DNA of 64,000 nt, taken from the NCBI GenBank assembly GCA_963827235.1, contig CAWHAE010000020.1:212464-276463 (forward strand), in the 5' to 3' direction. A program made the translations under genes and the position numbers. The notes below the pieces were generated by a model. It saw nothing but the letters and a program-made list of their open reading frames with translations, was not told the origin of the DNA and ran no database searches. How positions within the stretch are numbered: position 1 is the stretch's first letter; each line of letters begins with the position of its first letter. The DNA is from an uncultured bacterium. GTDB lineage: Bacteria > Chloroflexota > UBA5177 > JANWHV01. Shown here piece by piece: positions 12,036-23,098 of the stretch.

Positions 12036-13368
12036 ATGACTGCCCTGCTGGTCGTACAGGGTATCAATCACAGCCTCGTACGCGACAGCATTCTGCTCAC
12101 GCTCGTCGCTACCGCGTCGCTGGCAGTTCTGTTCTTGGCGCTGTACGTGGCGATTCGCCGCAACGATCAGCGCGTGGCTCCCGTCCGTGCTCGCCTGCTT
12201 ACCGTGGCGACCTCTCTGGCGTTGGCGGCCTACACCCTGGTGCAGATCTGTTTGCTGGTGCCGCATCTCGCCGAAAAGGACAGGTACAGCATCGATGCCG
12301 GTGCGGCGACCGACTGCGCCACCCAGCTCTTTCTGCACGGGCACGATCCGTATACGAACGTGCACATGCTGACCTGTCTCAACGGTCACGGACTGGCATT
12401 CAATCAGACCACGCCTCTGCGGGCCGGAGCCTTCTGGAGCCTGTCTACCTATCCGAGCGGCAGCGGAGCGCAGGGTGGCATGGGCTCCAAACAGTTCGAC
12501 AACCTGATGTGGAGCCGATACTGGAAGGACCTGAGCGCGGAGAAACGCAATCCCAGCTACGTCTCGAGGGAGTTCGAGACACGCTTCAACTACCCTGGCG
12601 GGGCCATCCTGATCGGCATGGCGGCGTGGGCGCTTGGCGTGCGAGATCTCATCAGGCTTGTTCCTGGGCGCCATGCTGGTTGCCTCGTACTTGATCTACC
12701 GGTCGGCGGACAGGCGAATTCGACCGGTAGTGGCGCTCTTGTTGCTTGGCGACGCGCCACTCCTGCTCGATTCCGCCGTAGGCGCCACGGACGTGCTCTA
12801 TGCCCTGATCCTGGTTATGTACTGGCAGCTGCGAGGGCGGCCAATCTCGGCGGGGTTGCTGCTCGGCCTCGCCATCGCGACGCGCCAACAGGCTTGGTTC
12901 TTCGCGCCATTCCTGCTCTATCTCGGCTGGCGCACCGCCGGCCGGCGCGATCTAGCACTTCGCGTGCCGCCGGCCTTAATCGTGTTCGCGTTGTGCAACC
13001 TGCCATTCATCGTGCTCAATCCCGGCGATTGGCTCGCCGGCGTCTTGGGACCCATGCGCGATCCGCTGTTTGCTGAGGGCGTCGGCGTGGTTGCGCTGCC
13101 GATCGTGCTGCTCAAGCAGCACCTGGGGCCGCCGCTCCTGTATACGTCCTTTGAGCTCGTGGCGTACTGTATGTCCTTCCGCTTCTTCACGCGGCGATGC
13201 CTGGCCTCGCCGGGACTGGCCATGCTCCTCCCGCTGCTGCCGCTTGCCTTCGCCTGGCGCAGCCTGCACACGTATTTCCTCATCCTTCCGCTGCTGGCGA
13301 CTGCGGTGCTTGCGAGCGCTTCGAGCGTGAATGCTGCCCGGCGGAGCGCGGCGAGCCGTCTAGGCTGA
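12036..13368 (+). CDS. Polytopic membrane protein, GT-C-type (GT87-like) glycosyltransferase; one apparent frameshift near 12655
   Basis: IDA..GHDPY and FNYPGG loop motifs in frame 1; frame 2 continues with GATDV, LGLAIATRQQAW, NLPFI and AWRSL. Many TM segments. Confidence 0.7.
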
Positions 13369-13529
13369 ATCTGAAGGCACGCCACGCGTGGATCCGCGCT
13401 GACGGTCAGCGCGTCGAAGGCGCATACGACGCCCAAGGTTCTATCCCGCAGATTCTCGTCGCCCGCCCATCACGGCACTCTCTCCGTGCGTGCGTGTCGC
13501 GCCTGGGCCCGAGGACGAGCAAGGCCGGT

Positions 13530-15019
13530 TCATCGCACGAGTACGACGACGCGTGCGACCGCCATCACGGCGATGCACACGCTCACCGTGAGCACGATAA
13601 GTATCAGATAGGCGCCCATCGTCCAGCGCGCGCGGACTACCAGCTGCACAGGTATGTTGGCAGGACCACCGTTGCCGTCGAGCTCGACGCGCGCCTGGTA
13701 GCGGCCACCGGCCAGTCCCATCGTACTCAGCGCCATCGGCACACTCGCGGTCCCCCCGGGAGCGACGCGCACCTGGCCGTTCGGAGCCTGGAGCCAGGGG
13801 GCATTGGCCCGAATGACCACTCGCAGCTCACTCCTTCCCAGATTGCGGATTGGGAGCTCGACGGTAACACGAGCGTCACCGGGCTGAATACCGAGATCCA
13901 ATGTCCCGTCGGGCAGCGACATGGTGGTCGGCGGCATTTCGTCTCCGGGGGCGTGTACCGACATCACGTCGATCACGGCAGGTACCATGCCGAGTGAGAG
14001 GTCCGCCTTCGATTCGCCGCAGTTGCCTACCCAGCTCGTCGACGTTCGGTCCCCGTTCGGCCGGGTCCTTGCGCAACAAGCCCAGCACAACGCTCTCAGT
14101 AGCCTTGCTGATGGCAGGCACCAGCAAGCGGACGGGCTTGAAGGCGAACGGCGGCTGGTCTCGCGGATCGCAGCCCGTGAGCAGATGGTGCAGAGTGGCG
14201 CCGAGCGAAAAGAGGTCGCTACGCTCGTCCGACAGACCCTGGTATTGCTCGACCGGCGCATAGCCCGGTGTGCCGACCAGAGAGTTTCCGCGTACGGCGG
14301 AGAAGCTATGCGCGATGCCGAAGTCAACCAGCCGGATCTCTCCATTGGCGGTCAGCATGATGTTCGCCGGCTTGAGATCCCTGAATATCACCGGCGGCTT
14401 CTGGCTGTGCAGGTAAGCCAGCACGTCGCACACCTGCGCCCCCAGTCCCAGTACCAGACCTTCTGGCAAGCCCGGCGAGCCCTTGCGCTCCACGAGCTTC
14501 CTCGAGATTGTCTCCAGAGATGTACTCCATGGCCAGGTAGTAGCGTCCGCGCTGGATGAAGTAGTCGTAGATGGGCGGAATGAACTTGTGCTGCAGTGAA
14601 GCAAGCATGATCGCTTCTCGCCTGAACCATGCTTCGCCCTCTTCACGCTCGGCCTCCGTGGCGAAATGGTCGAGCATCTCCTTGATCGCTACGTACACAC
14701 CCTGCTGCTGCGCGTCCGAGGCTATGTACACTGCGCCCATGCCTCCGGTCTTGAGCGCGCGCACGATCGTGTAGCGCCCGGCCAGCGTCGCGCTCGGACC
14801 TAGCGGCGGCGCCGGCAGCGCTGGTCGAGTGGTTTCGCCAGCAGCTTGCGCGCGCCGTCCATGGTTGACCGTGCGACCCTGCCCGGCAGCCTCCCCGCGA
14901 TCGTCTCCAGAGGCAGACTCTTGGACAAAGCCCGCCAGTCGCGCGCCACAGGCCGAGCAGAACATCGCCTCGCTGGGGCTCGTCGCGCCGCAGGCGCGGC
15001 ATTGGCGCGTCGCGTTCAC
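13530..15019 (-). CDS. Zinc-ribbon + Ser/Thr protein kinase + BACON/Ig-like domain + C-terminal TM; frameshifts near 14500 and 14000
   Basis: CxxC..CxxC, GGMGAVY, VAIKEM and YLAMEY (frame A); FRDLKPANIM, DFGIA and GTPGYAP (frame B); IRN.G..L...WL and a hydrophobic tail (frame C). Confidence 0.82.
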
Positions 15020-15250
15020 CCGGAGTACCCGTTTCGATCTGCCGGCATGTATGCTGCTCCTGAAGCATGACGTGCCGGTCGCGCTCCGGCACCGCTGGCT
15101 TGACCGCGCTGCTTCGCATCGTAGCACGATATAGGGAGGCCGATGAATCCCACTTTTTGTACGTATCGCAATAACCCTGGACTGGCCGATAGCTATTTCT
15201 CAGGGGTCGCGGCTAGCCACGGGCTGGGAGACAGGCGCCCCGGTCTTGCG

Positions 15251-15484
15251 GTGAGCGCTATCGACGAGCAGATGCAGGTCATTGTTGCAGCCGATGGACG
15301 CTCAGAGCTTGTTCCGCGCGCGCTTGTCGACCTAGCCCTTGCCGAGGCAATTGCGCTCGACCTGATGGATGCGATGGAAGAGGCGATCGAGGATGCGATC
15401 GATCGGGGACAGGCTGACAGGGCGACCATTGACCGACTTGAGAACAACCTGGCCCTCATGGAACGGGTCTGCGAAGGTGGCTGA
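15251..15484 (+). CDS. Small acidic helical hypothetical protein
   Basis: 77-aa amphipathic helical ORF upstream of the Crp gene; no family recognised. Confidence 0.5.
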   Translation: MSAIDEQMQVIVAADGRSELVPRALVDLALAEAIALDLMDAMEEAIEDAIDRGQADRATIDRLENNLALMERVCEGG

Positions 15485-15616
15485 GTGACGCGGACATGCA
15501 CCTGCAACTGCGACAATTGACCTGCGAGTCGCTGCCAGCCTACAATTCGGGAGGTGTTGCGATTTGTCCGATGAGAATACTGGCGGAAATCGCGAGCAGT
15601 CGACGAAGGGTAGTTC

Positions 15617-16312
15617 ATGCCGCTCGAGCAGATAAACCAGATCACCTTGCGCCAGATCACATTGTTCGCGGGACTATCTGATGCTGCGCTCGCCGCGCTC
15701 GTTTCTCGCACGCGCGTGCGCTCCTACAGACGGGGCGAGATCCTCTTTCACAAGGATGATCCCGGCAACAGTCTGTTTCTCGTCAAGTCAGGCCGGATCA
15801 AGATCAGCGTGTTTTCCAGTGAAGGGAAAGAAGCGGTCTTCAACGTGCACGGAGCCGGCGACGTGTTCGGCGAGCTCGCTCTGCTCGATGGGGCGCCTCG
15901 CTCGGCCACGGCCACCGCGCTCGAGGCGTCGCGTCTCCTGATGCTTGACCGGGCTGCCTTCGTCTCCTTCCTGCACGAGCAGCCGGACGCGTCGCTCATA
16001 CTGCTGGGCGAGCTGGCGGCACGCGTGCGGCGGCTGAGTGCTCAGGTCGAGGACCTGATGTTTCTCGATATTCCGGGACGGCTAGCTCGTACCCTGCTGC
16101 GCTTGGGCGACGACTACGGCACGAGAACCTCGCGGGGAGTCGAGATCGATTTGCACATCACGCAGACCGAGCTCGGAGGCATGGTTGGGGCCACCCGGGT
16201 CAGCGTGAATCGTCTCCTGCACTGGTTTGCCGATAAAGGTCTGATCGCCATGGATGAGCGCCGGATAGTGCTGGTCAAACCCGAGGCGCTCCAGGCTCGC
16301 ATCGTCGGCTAG
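15617..16312 (+). CDS. Crp/Fnr family transcriptional regulator
   Basis: cNMP-binding motif FGELALLDGAPRSAT; HTH motif ITQTELGGMVGATRVSVNR. Confidence 0.95.
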   Translation: MPLEQINQITLRQITLFAGLSDAALAALVSRTRVRSYRRGEILFHKDDPGNSLFLVKSGRIKISVFSSEGKEAVFNVHGAGDVFGELALLDGAPRSATATALEASRLLMLDRAAFVSFLHEQPDASLILLGELAARVRRLSAQVEDLMFLDIPGRLARTLLRLGDDYGTRTSRGVEIDLHITQTELGGMVGATRVSVNRLLHWFADKGLIAMDERRIVLVKPEALQARIVG

Positions 16313-16318
16313 AGTCGA

Positions 16319-17977
16319 CTAAGAGAGGTCGCTACCGCGAGCGCTACAGCCGGACGAAGCGCAAGGCGCGGCGGCACTCGGGAGGCGTAGCGCCGGTGTT
16401 GCGCTGGGCTTGCGCGGCGTGGACGACGGCGCCGCGGCAGCACTCGGAGCGCTGGCCTGCAGTGTGGGACTGTCTGCCGGCACGCCGCGGGCCGCAGTGC
16501 TGGCGGCCGTGCCCGTGGCGGTGTTCCTGGTTTGCACCGGCAGCGGCGTGGGCGGCTCGGCGGTTGAGGCGGATGTGATCGCCCGCGATGGACGCTTCGT
16601 GCCGCACGCGGGTACAGCCCGGGCCGTCGCACGGCCGTTGACCGTGACGCGGCAACGCGTGACGACAACCACGATGGGCTCGATCTGGCGCTGCGTACCA
16701 TCAAGGCTCGCCGCCACGAGCAGATAGGTATGTGTGGCCAGAGGGTACGACCGCTGTCCGTTACCGGACGCCTGAACACCGTCTATGTCGACGGCGCTGG
16801 TGTACGATGAGCGCCAGGCGATCGTGAAACTCACCCTCGATATGGCGTACGAGTAGCTCAGTACGATGTCGGGCGGCGTGGGGCTCGCAGTTGGGGTGTT
16901 CGCAGGCGTCTCCGTGATTGTGGGCGTGCCCACCCAGATCGAGGCGCCTGTGGGTGTCTCTGTCTCGCTTGACGCCGGCGTGCGCGACGCGGTCGGGCTG
17001 GCAGTGCCCATGTGCGATGCCGCCGCGGTTGGGCTGGCATTAACCGTTTGCGACGCCGTGGCGGTTGGGGACGGCGACCGAGTAGGTGTGGCCGTGGCGG
17101 CAGCAGGCGTGGTGGCCGTAGGAGTCGCCGATCTCCTGGGTGGAATCGGGGACACAGTGTACGATGGCACCATAGTCGCCGTGACTGTGCCAGGCATTAG
17201 GGCCCTCGTTGCCGATACCGTTGGTGTGGACTCGGATGAGATGCGGGACGAATCGCCGGCTGTGGCGGAGGGACTCAGCCGGTACGTAGGCGGCCTCGGC
17301 TTGGTTCCACTTGTGGCACCTTGCGGTGTGGCAACCAGGATTGGTACGGCCAGCCCTGCACCGGCCGAAGCCAGTGCCTGCCCCGCTAAAGTGGCAAAGC
17401 CCACTTCGGTTGAGGCCAGTGATCGCCCCGCTAGAGCGGCTAAGGCCGGCCCGCTCTCATGGGGAAGCGCGCCTTTCGGCGTGACGGCAGGCTGCGGATG
17501 CTCGACCGGAGTGTGAACCTCGGCAAGAGGCGATGCGGTGCGCAGGGCTGGGCGCTGGTCGGAGACCGCGGTAACCGCCGGTGGCGCGGCGCTTCCAATC
17601 GCGTTCGCCGGAGCCGGCCGCGACGAGCCGGCGGAAAGCGTATCGCTGGACGTGCTCGAGGGCCCTGCCGCCGCCGGCATACGGGACGCCTGCGCTGCCG
17701 CTACGCAGTGGGTGCCCGGCGCTTGCCCGCCACATGCAAGTCGGCGAGCGGTCGGAGCTCGGCTCGACCCCGGGATCAGCGCCGTGACTACCGCGAGAAG
17801 TACCAGGACGAGAACCGTGACGGCGATCGCAAATCGTCTGTCGAGCGGTCGCAAGGACGTGGCGGCTGAGCGGATGCGGGAATAGGAGCGATCCCTGGCC
17901 GTCTCCGGCGTAGGGTCTGCTCCCTCGGTACTCGGCGCACCGGGCCTGGCATCGTGTCGGTCATCCTCGTGCATCAT
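16319..17977 (-). CDS. Membrane-anchored Ser/Thr/Pro-rich surface protein with a small beta-rich domain
   Basis: One N-terminal TM, long TPT/SPT-rich linker, beta-strand-like region of about 70 aa near the C-terminus. Confidence 0.65.
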   Translation of the reverse strand: MMHEDDRHDARPGAPSTEGADPTPETARDRSYSRIRSAATSLRPLDRRFAIAVTVLVLVLLAVVTALIPGSSRAPTARRLACGGQAPGTHCVAAAQASRMPAAAGPSSTSSDTLSAGSSRPAPANAIGSAAPPAVTAVSDQRPALRTASPLAEVHTPVEHPQPAVTPKGALPHESGPALAALAGRSLASTEVGFATLAGQALASAGAGLAVPILVATPQGATSGTKPRPPTYRLSPSATAGDSSRISSESTPTVSATRALMPGTVTATMVPSYTVSPIPPRRSATPTATTPAAATATPTRSPSPTATASQTVNASPTAAASHMGTASPTASRTPASSETETPTGASIWVGTPTITETPANTPTASPTPPDIVLSYSYAISRVSFTIAWRSSYTSAVDIDGVQASGNGQRSYPLATHTYLLVAASLDGTQRQIEPIVVVVTRCRVTVNGRATARAVPACGTKRPSRAITSASTAEPPTPLPVQTRNTATGTAASTAARGVPADSPTLQASAPSAAAAPSSTPRKPSATPALRLPSAAAPCASSGCSARGSDLS

Positions 17978-18174
17978 GCAATGTCGCGGCGCTCAGCATT
18001 CGTGGTCAGGGCATCCAAGCAGGCGGGCTGGACCAACCACATCGTACTGCGAGTGGTGGTCGAAGGGGCGTCGACTGCGCATACACACGCAGATCCGCTC
18101 TCGCCGCGCGCGGGCGACGAGCGGTGCGGCGTACGCACGGACTCGCACTCGGCGGCTCGTCGCGAGGCAGTTCG

Positions 18175-19101
18175 TCAGGGCAGCGCCGTGTGAAACAGCA
18201 GATAGTGGCTCCAGTCGCCGGCCGGACGCGTCGCCAGGTAGAGCTCGAGCGAAGTCTGGCGAAAGCCGTGGAGCAAGAGGAGAGAGAGCGCGGTCTGGTT
18301 GATGCCCGGTACGAGAAGAGACGTCTCGCTTACGCCTTGTTCAATGAGCAGTCCGCCACAGCGCTCGAGCATGGCCGGCAGGTCGCTCTCGTGTTGGGCG
18401 GCGACCGGCCCGATTCCACCCCAGGGGCTGCAATAACCATAGCCCACGATCTGCCCGTGCCGCCTGAATAGAAGCCCACGCATGCCGAGATCGATCCAGA
18501 ACTTGTGATCGTCGCTGCGGCCTGTGCCGCGCACCAGGCGGTCCACGGCATCGATGTGTCCAATGATTGAGGTCGAGTGCGCCCCGAGCGGCTCGGCCAC
18601 CAGGCCGTCCGCGTTTGCACGCAGCCGCTCGAAGATGCTGGTCGGTCCTTGAAGACCTATAATATCGCGCGCCGGATACAGTCCATGGCGCATAAGCAGA
18701 CTCGTGCTGGAAAAGTGACTGGCGCCGGCGCAGGCGGCGTGGCGGTCGGTACCTCGAGCATTGCGCAGCGCGCGCTCCAGTAGCCCCCGTCCCACTCCGT
18801 GGCCCTGTCGGTCGGGAACCACGTGTAGATGTGTCAGCAACCACTCCGCGTCGCGAATCACGGCGCACGCCATGCCAACGAGAACGCTGCCTTCCTCGGC
18901 AACCCAGAATCCACCCTTGCTGCTGCGGAGAAGATGCTCCCACCAGGCGCGTTCCTCGAACCATCGCTGATCCGGCGAAGGCTTCTGTGATAGATAGCGT
19001 GCGTCTTCTAAGGTACGCCTGAATACCTCGCTGGCCGGAGCTATGTCATCGATCATTGCCTGGCGAAAGCGAGCCACCCGGATCCTCCTCACTCTGCTCA
19101 C
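18175..19101 (-). CDS. GNAT family N-acetyltransferase (tandem GNAT)
   Basis: LHVVPDRQGHGVGRGLL acetyl-CoA motif; C-terminal IGPVAA. Confidence 0.88.
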   Translation of the reverse strand: MSRVRRIRVARFRQAMIDDIAPASEVFRRTLEDARYLSQKPSPDQRWFEERAWWEHLLRSSKGGFWVAEEGSVLVGMACAVIRDAEWLLTHLHVVPDRQGHGVGRGLLERALRNARGTDRHAACAGASHFSSTSLLMRHGLYPARDIIGLQGPTSIFERLRANADGLVAEPLGAHSTSIIGHIDAVDRLVRGTGRSDDHKFWIDLGMRGLLFRRHGQIVGYGYCSPWGGIGPVAAQHESDLPAMLERCGGLLIEQGVSETSLLVPGINQTALSLLLLHGFRQTSLELYLATRPAGDWSHYLLFHTALP

Positions 19102-19190
19102 GCTCTATACCCAATACGATAGCAGAGTTGACCTGCTGCCTGCATTCTGGCAACAGCCGCGAAGAAGCGCTTCGGCAGGTCGACTCGCGG

Positions 19191-20123
19191 TCAATCCTCT
19201 GCGAAAGTGAGCGTGGATGTCAAGCCATCGTAGCCGGCAAGAGTTTCCGGAAAGATCTCCGATGCATGATGCAGATTTGCATCAGGGTCGGTCAAGGCAG
19301 GCCCGTAATGTGTGAGCCAGAGGCGGCGCGCTCCGCCGTCTCGAGCCAGGGTGGCCGCCTCGGCAAAGGTTAAGTGCTTGGCGTCCCATTGTTTGGGCAT
19401 GTCGCCGGCTTCGGCGTACATCGCGTCGGCTATCAACAGGTCGGCACCATCGTCTGACCGGACGAACGACGTGATTGCGCCGTTCGGACGCAGGTCGGTT
19501 GCCACGACCAATCGGATGCCGCGCCTGGGAGGTCCGAGCACTGCGCTCGGTTCGACTGGGTGCCCGTCCACAATTACAGGCTTCCCCGCTTGCAGCGTGC
19601 GCCAGTCCGCCCGCGGGACCTTGAGCGTCGCGGCGCGCACCGGGTCAAAGCGCGGTGCGCGAGCCAAGCTGAGTGAGTAGGCCAGGCAGGGCACGTCGTG
19701 CACGACGGGGCAGCAATCTATGCGCAGTCCGGGCAGCGCTGGCAGCTCGAAGCGTTCAGTGCCGTCGAGCAAGACGAAGTCGACGGGAAACGGAAGTCGG
19801 GGCGCCACGACCAGCAGGCTGCTCACTACGTCGATCAGCGGCTCCGGGCCGCATACGACCAAACGATCGTTTTCGTCCTTGCCGGTAAACGCCAGTGTCA
19901 GCAGCAGCCCCGGCAGCCCCAACACGTGATCCCCATGCAGGTGAGTGAGCAGGATGACGTCGAGGTTACGCAGGCCCCACGCACGTTCCCGCAGGGCTAC
20001 CTGGGTGCCTTCGCCGCAGTCTACCAGGACCAGCCTTCCTCGGTAGCGAAGCAGCACGGAGGAAAGACGGCGGCCGGGCAACGGCTGCGTTCCGCCGCTG
20101 CCCAGCAGACAAACATCCAGCAC
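19191..20123 (-). CDS. rnz: Ribonuclease Z
   Basis: LLGSGG, DCGEGTQ, THLHGDH, exosite arm, D-L-R-P, HLT and LTHY motifs. Confidence 0.93.
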   Translation of the reverse strand: MLDVCLLGSGGTQPLPGRRLSSVLLRYRGRLVLVDCGEGTQVALRERAWGLRNLDVILLTHLHGDHVLGLPGLLLTLAFTGKDENDRLVVCGPEPLIDVVSSLLVVAPRLPFPVDFVLLDGTERFELPALPGLRIDCCPVVHDVPCLAYSLSLARAPRFDPVRAATLKVPRADWRTLQAGKPVIVDGHPVEPSAVLGPPRRGIRLVVATDLRPNGAITSFVRSDDGADLLIADAMYAEAGDMPKQWDAKHLTFAEAATLARDGGARRLWLTHYGPALTDPDANLHHASEIFPETLAGYDGLTSTLTFAED

Positions 20124-20246
20124 AACCTACCTCCGGCGCTCCGGACAAAGCCGCGCAGCTGCGACGGCAGATCCCTTCGCCCGGCATCGTCTCTTGTAGG
20201 GTACCGCCTTCCCGGCGATCGACACTTCAGCTCCGCGCTGCCGCCA

Positions 20247-21203
20247 CTACCCGATGACGCTCTGCCCGATCCTCCGTATCGCCGGGCTGTTACAGGCGCT
20301 GGCCGGCTGGCTGAAGGTCAGCTTGCAGATCGTCGCCGTGAGGTAGTTCGCGTTCCCTATGATCGCCTCGGTCGCTGCGTTGGCGCTGTCTTTCAGACCT
20401 TCTGCGATCTGCGCTTGGCTCTCGCCGCTGATTACCGTGTCCTGGAAACCCATGTCGGACTGCCAGTAGCGCCCTGCGAGATAGAGGAAGGGCACCGAGC
20501 CGTCCAGGTATTTGTTCCACAGGCGCTGCTCCGCGCCGGTCACGGCATCCAGGTGGTTCTGATCCCGGTCGAATACCTCGACCGCCACAAAGCTGACGTA
20601 GTTGCTGCTATAGCGCGCCCCGTGGAAGGTGAAGGTAGCCAGATCTCCGTCGAAATCGGCTGAGCGCATGTACCTGAGGCCGGTAAAGGTACCGAAACGG
20701 CCCAAGGCGTTGACCAAACACCATCGTTCAGCGGCGCACCAGGGACAGAACTCTCCGCCGACGAACAGCACCTCGGGCTTCCCGTTCAGCGAGAGATAGG
20801 GATCGGAGATGCCCTGCATACTCACCTTGATGCCGCCGGTGCCCACCGCCGAGATCACTGCCGGATCCACGTTCGCCACCGAACGCGCGATCGAGGCCGA
20901 GACGGTCGCGCCGATGGCCTCATCCGGCGCGCCTGCGCCGCCACTGCCGCTGGACTGACTCGCTGTATCCCCGCTGTGGGCGCCGATGGCCACGAATATG
21001 CCGACCGCGGCGAGGATCAGCACTGCCACCACGCCCACGATGATCGCCGGGGCCGGCCGCCGGAGTCTGCGCCGCCATACCAAGTGCCGGTCGCCTTGGT
21101 CGCCTCCTCCCGCCCGAAAGTCCTCCGGTGACGCCCCGTCGTCTGCAGTCGCCTGAGACTGCCCGGCGGAATCCCGCGAGGAAGACGCATCGTTCTCAGG
21201 CAT
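20247..21203 (-). CDS. DUF929-like membrane-anchored thioredoxin-fold protein
   Basis: TM, then GKPEVLFVGGEFCPWCAAERW, ALGRFGTF and AN.LTATICKLT motifs. Confidence 0.8.
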   Translation of the reverse strand: MPENDASSSRDSAGQSQATADDGASPEDFRAGGGDQGDRHLVWRRRLRRPAPAIIVGVVAVLILAAVGIFVAIGAHSGDTASQSSGSGGAGAPDEAIGATVSASIARSVANVDPAVISAVGTGGIKVSMQGISDPYLSLNGKPEVLFVGGEFCPWCAAERWCLVNALGRFGTFTGLRYMRSADFDGDLATFTFHGARYSSNYVSFVAVEVFDRDQNHLDAVTGAEQRLWNKYLDGSVPFLYLAGRYWQSDMGFQDTVISGESQAQIAEGLKDSANAATEAIIGNANYLTATICKLTFSQPASACNSPAIRRIGQSVIG

Positions 21204-21343
21204 ACGCTCTCCATTCACGTCACTTCGGATGCCCGCCGGCGGCAGTCATGGTACAGGCTCCGCCGTCCCTGTTGGAGAGAGATTAGCAGCCGCTCACCGG
21301 CCAGTCAATCGCGATGCTTGCCGCGTGTGCCGTCGACGGAAAG

Positions 21344-21640
21344 TCACGAAGATGCGCTCGGCGAACGCGGGGCGCAACGCATCTCGAAGATCGTGGTCGA
21401 ACATGCTCCCGCCAGAAGCGGCGCCATGGCTCGACGCGAGCGGTCAGCGTCCTCGGGATGGATCAGCTCGAGGATGCTGCTTCTCAGCAGCGCAGCTCGA
21501 TCGTGACCTAGGCTGGCGCAAAGCGCCGGATTCCCCGCGATCCGGTTGCAGTCCAGCGTAGCTATGCCAACACCTACGCTGGACTGCATTAGCGCGCGGA
21601 AGAATGGATCCGCTAGGTCCTCGCAGCGGAACCCTTCCTT
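21344..21640 (-). pseudogene. Isolated PAS-domain remnant
   Basis: FRALMQSSVGVGIATLD..NPALCASLG..ELIHPED pattern, with no downstream output domain. Confidence 0.5.
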
Positions 21641-21674
21641 GACAGTCGTTGTCTCTCCCTGGCCGGCAACCGCG

Positions 21675-22370
21675 TCAGGCGGGGGTCTCGAAAGTGCCCG
21701 GGCTGCCCGCGCCGGCACGATACTCCGCCGATCGAGTGTGGGTTGCCGCAGACAGAGCGCGGCGCACACCGCCGGCGTCTAGGTCCGTCCCGTAAACAGG
21801 AGTCCCGGGCTGCTGTCGCCAGGACTCGTCCAGGTTGCCGGCGTCGACACCGTCGAATCCGAGCTCGTCCAGCAACCGGATGACTACGGCCTTGTCTGCC
21901 GCGGAGTCACCGGCAACGGGCAGTGCAATGCGCCCGAGTACGCCGGCAGGCTTGCCGCGTTCCAGCAGGTGTTGGGAGTAGATGTTGTTGAACGCCTTGA
22001 CCACGGGCCGGCCCAGTTGCCTCGCCACCCACTCACTCTCCGCCATCCCCGTCTCGATGCCGTCGATGCGGCCATCTCTCTGGCGGGGATAGTAGTTACC
22101 GGTGTCTACCACCACGACTCCCTCTGCCGCGCCATCGAACAGTCCGCGCGGCAGGTGAGGAATGTTCTTCTCGGGAATCGTCACCACGACGAGCTCGGCG
22201 TCACGCGCCGCCTCGGCAGCCGTTACCGCCTTCGCGCCGGTCTCCGCGGCGAGCCCGCTGAGTGTCCCCGGTCCGCGTGAGTTTGCCACGGACACGTCGT
22301 GGCCGAGTGCCGCGAGCCGGCGCGTCAACACGCCGCCAATATTGCCCGCGCCGATGATGCCGATCTTCAA
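21675..22370 (-). CDS. NADP oxidoreductase, F420-dependent family (F420_oxidored)
   Basis: KIGIIGAGNIG, ANSRGP, VDTGNYYP.RDG, VKAFN and SWRQQPGTPVY motifs; TTG start. Confidence 0.9.
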   Translation of the reverse strand: MKIGIIGAGNIGGVLTRRLAALGHDVSVANSRGPGTLSGLAAETGAKAVTAAEAARDAELVVVTIPEKNIPHLPRGLFDGAAEGVVVVDTGNYYPRQRDGRIDGIETGMAESEWVARQLGRPVVKAFNNIYSQHLLERGKPAGVLGRIALPVAGDSAADKAVVIRLLDELGFDGVDAGNLDESWRQQPGTPVYGTDLDAGGVRRALSAATHTRSAEYRAGAGSPGTFETPA

Positions 22371-22599
22371 TGCCTGCTCCCCCTACCGTGTGTGCCCAGG
22401 TCAGCGCCCTGGATCGTGCTCCGCTCCGCACAGCCCTATTTCCTGCTGCGTCCATTTGCAGCATACCTGTGGCGCGGGCAAGAGCTACAGAGCGATACCG
22501 TGTCCAAGCTCCTTATCTCTGGCCGAGCTATGATGGCCTGGATGGCACCATCGAGCACCGTCGCACGGGTGCAGGTTCCAGGCAAAGGAGACACGAGCC

Positions 22600-23028
22600 A
22601 TGGCCCTCGAGCAGTTAATCAATACGCATCCTACCGGGAAGACAACCGGTACGGCTGAGCGGCCCGGCACGGAGCATACAGGCACGGCGCTCACCTTCGA
22701 TATCCCCGGGGAAATCGAGCGGCTTCACGCTGAAGAGACGTGGCGCAAGAGCGGCCGCAACAGCAGGACGCTGGTCAAGGAACCCAACCTGCGAGTGCTC
22801 GCCGTCACTCTCAAGCAGGGTATGGAGATCAGTGAACACCGTACGAGCGGGCGCCTGGCTGTGCATGTGCTGTCCGGGCACCTGCAAATGCGCGTTCCGG
22901 GCCAGGAGATAGACCTGCCTGCCGGCCATATCACCGTGCTCGACTTCGAGGTGGAATTCGAGATCCGGGCTGTTGAGACCAGCGCCTTTGTCTTGACCGT
23001 CGCCTGGGTAGGCAAATCCGCGAGCTGA
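22600..23028 (+). CDS. Cupin-domain protein
   Basis: RTLVKE..LRV, EH...G...HVLSG pattern; AAGGAG RBS. Confidence 0.8.
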   Translation: MALEQLINTHPTGKTTGTAERPGTEHTGTALTFDIPGEIERLHAEETWRKSGRNSRTLVKEPNLRVLAVTLKQGMEISEHRTSGRLAVHVLSGHLQMRVPGQEIDLPAGHITVLDFEVEFEIRAVETSAFVLTVAWVGKSAS

Positions 23029-23098
23029 ATCGGCGGGCGGCGCGCCTCGGTGTATAACCGCGCGTCCTCGAGGGTGGGCTCCGTTGTACGCTTAGGGC

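Noticed and set aside
16860-17230. Repetitive-looking DNA (possible array)
   Set aside because: It is explained by Thr/Pro/Ser-rich coding; no CRISPR-like repeat-spacer periodicity was seen here or elsewhere.
23029-23098. LexA box upstream of dinB
   Set aside because: No GAAC-N4-GTTC-like palindrome seen.
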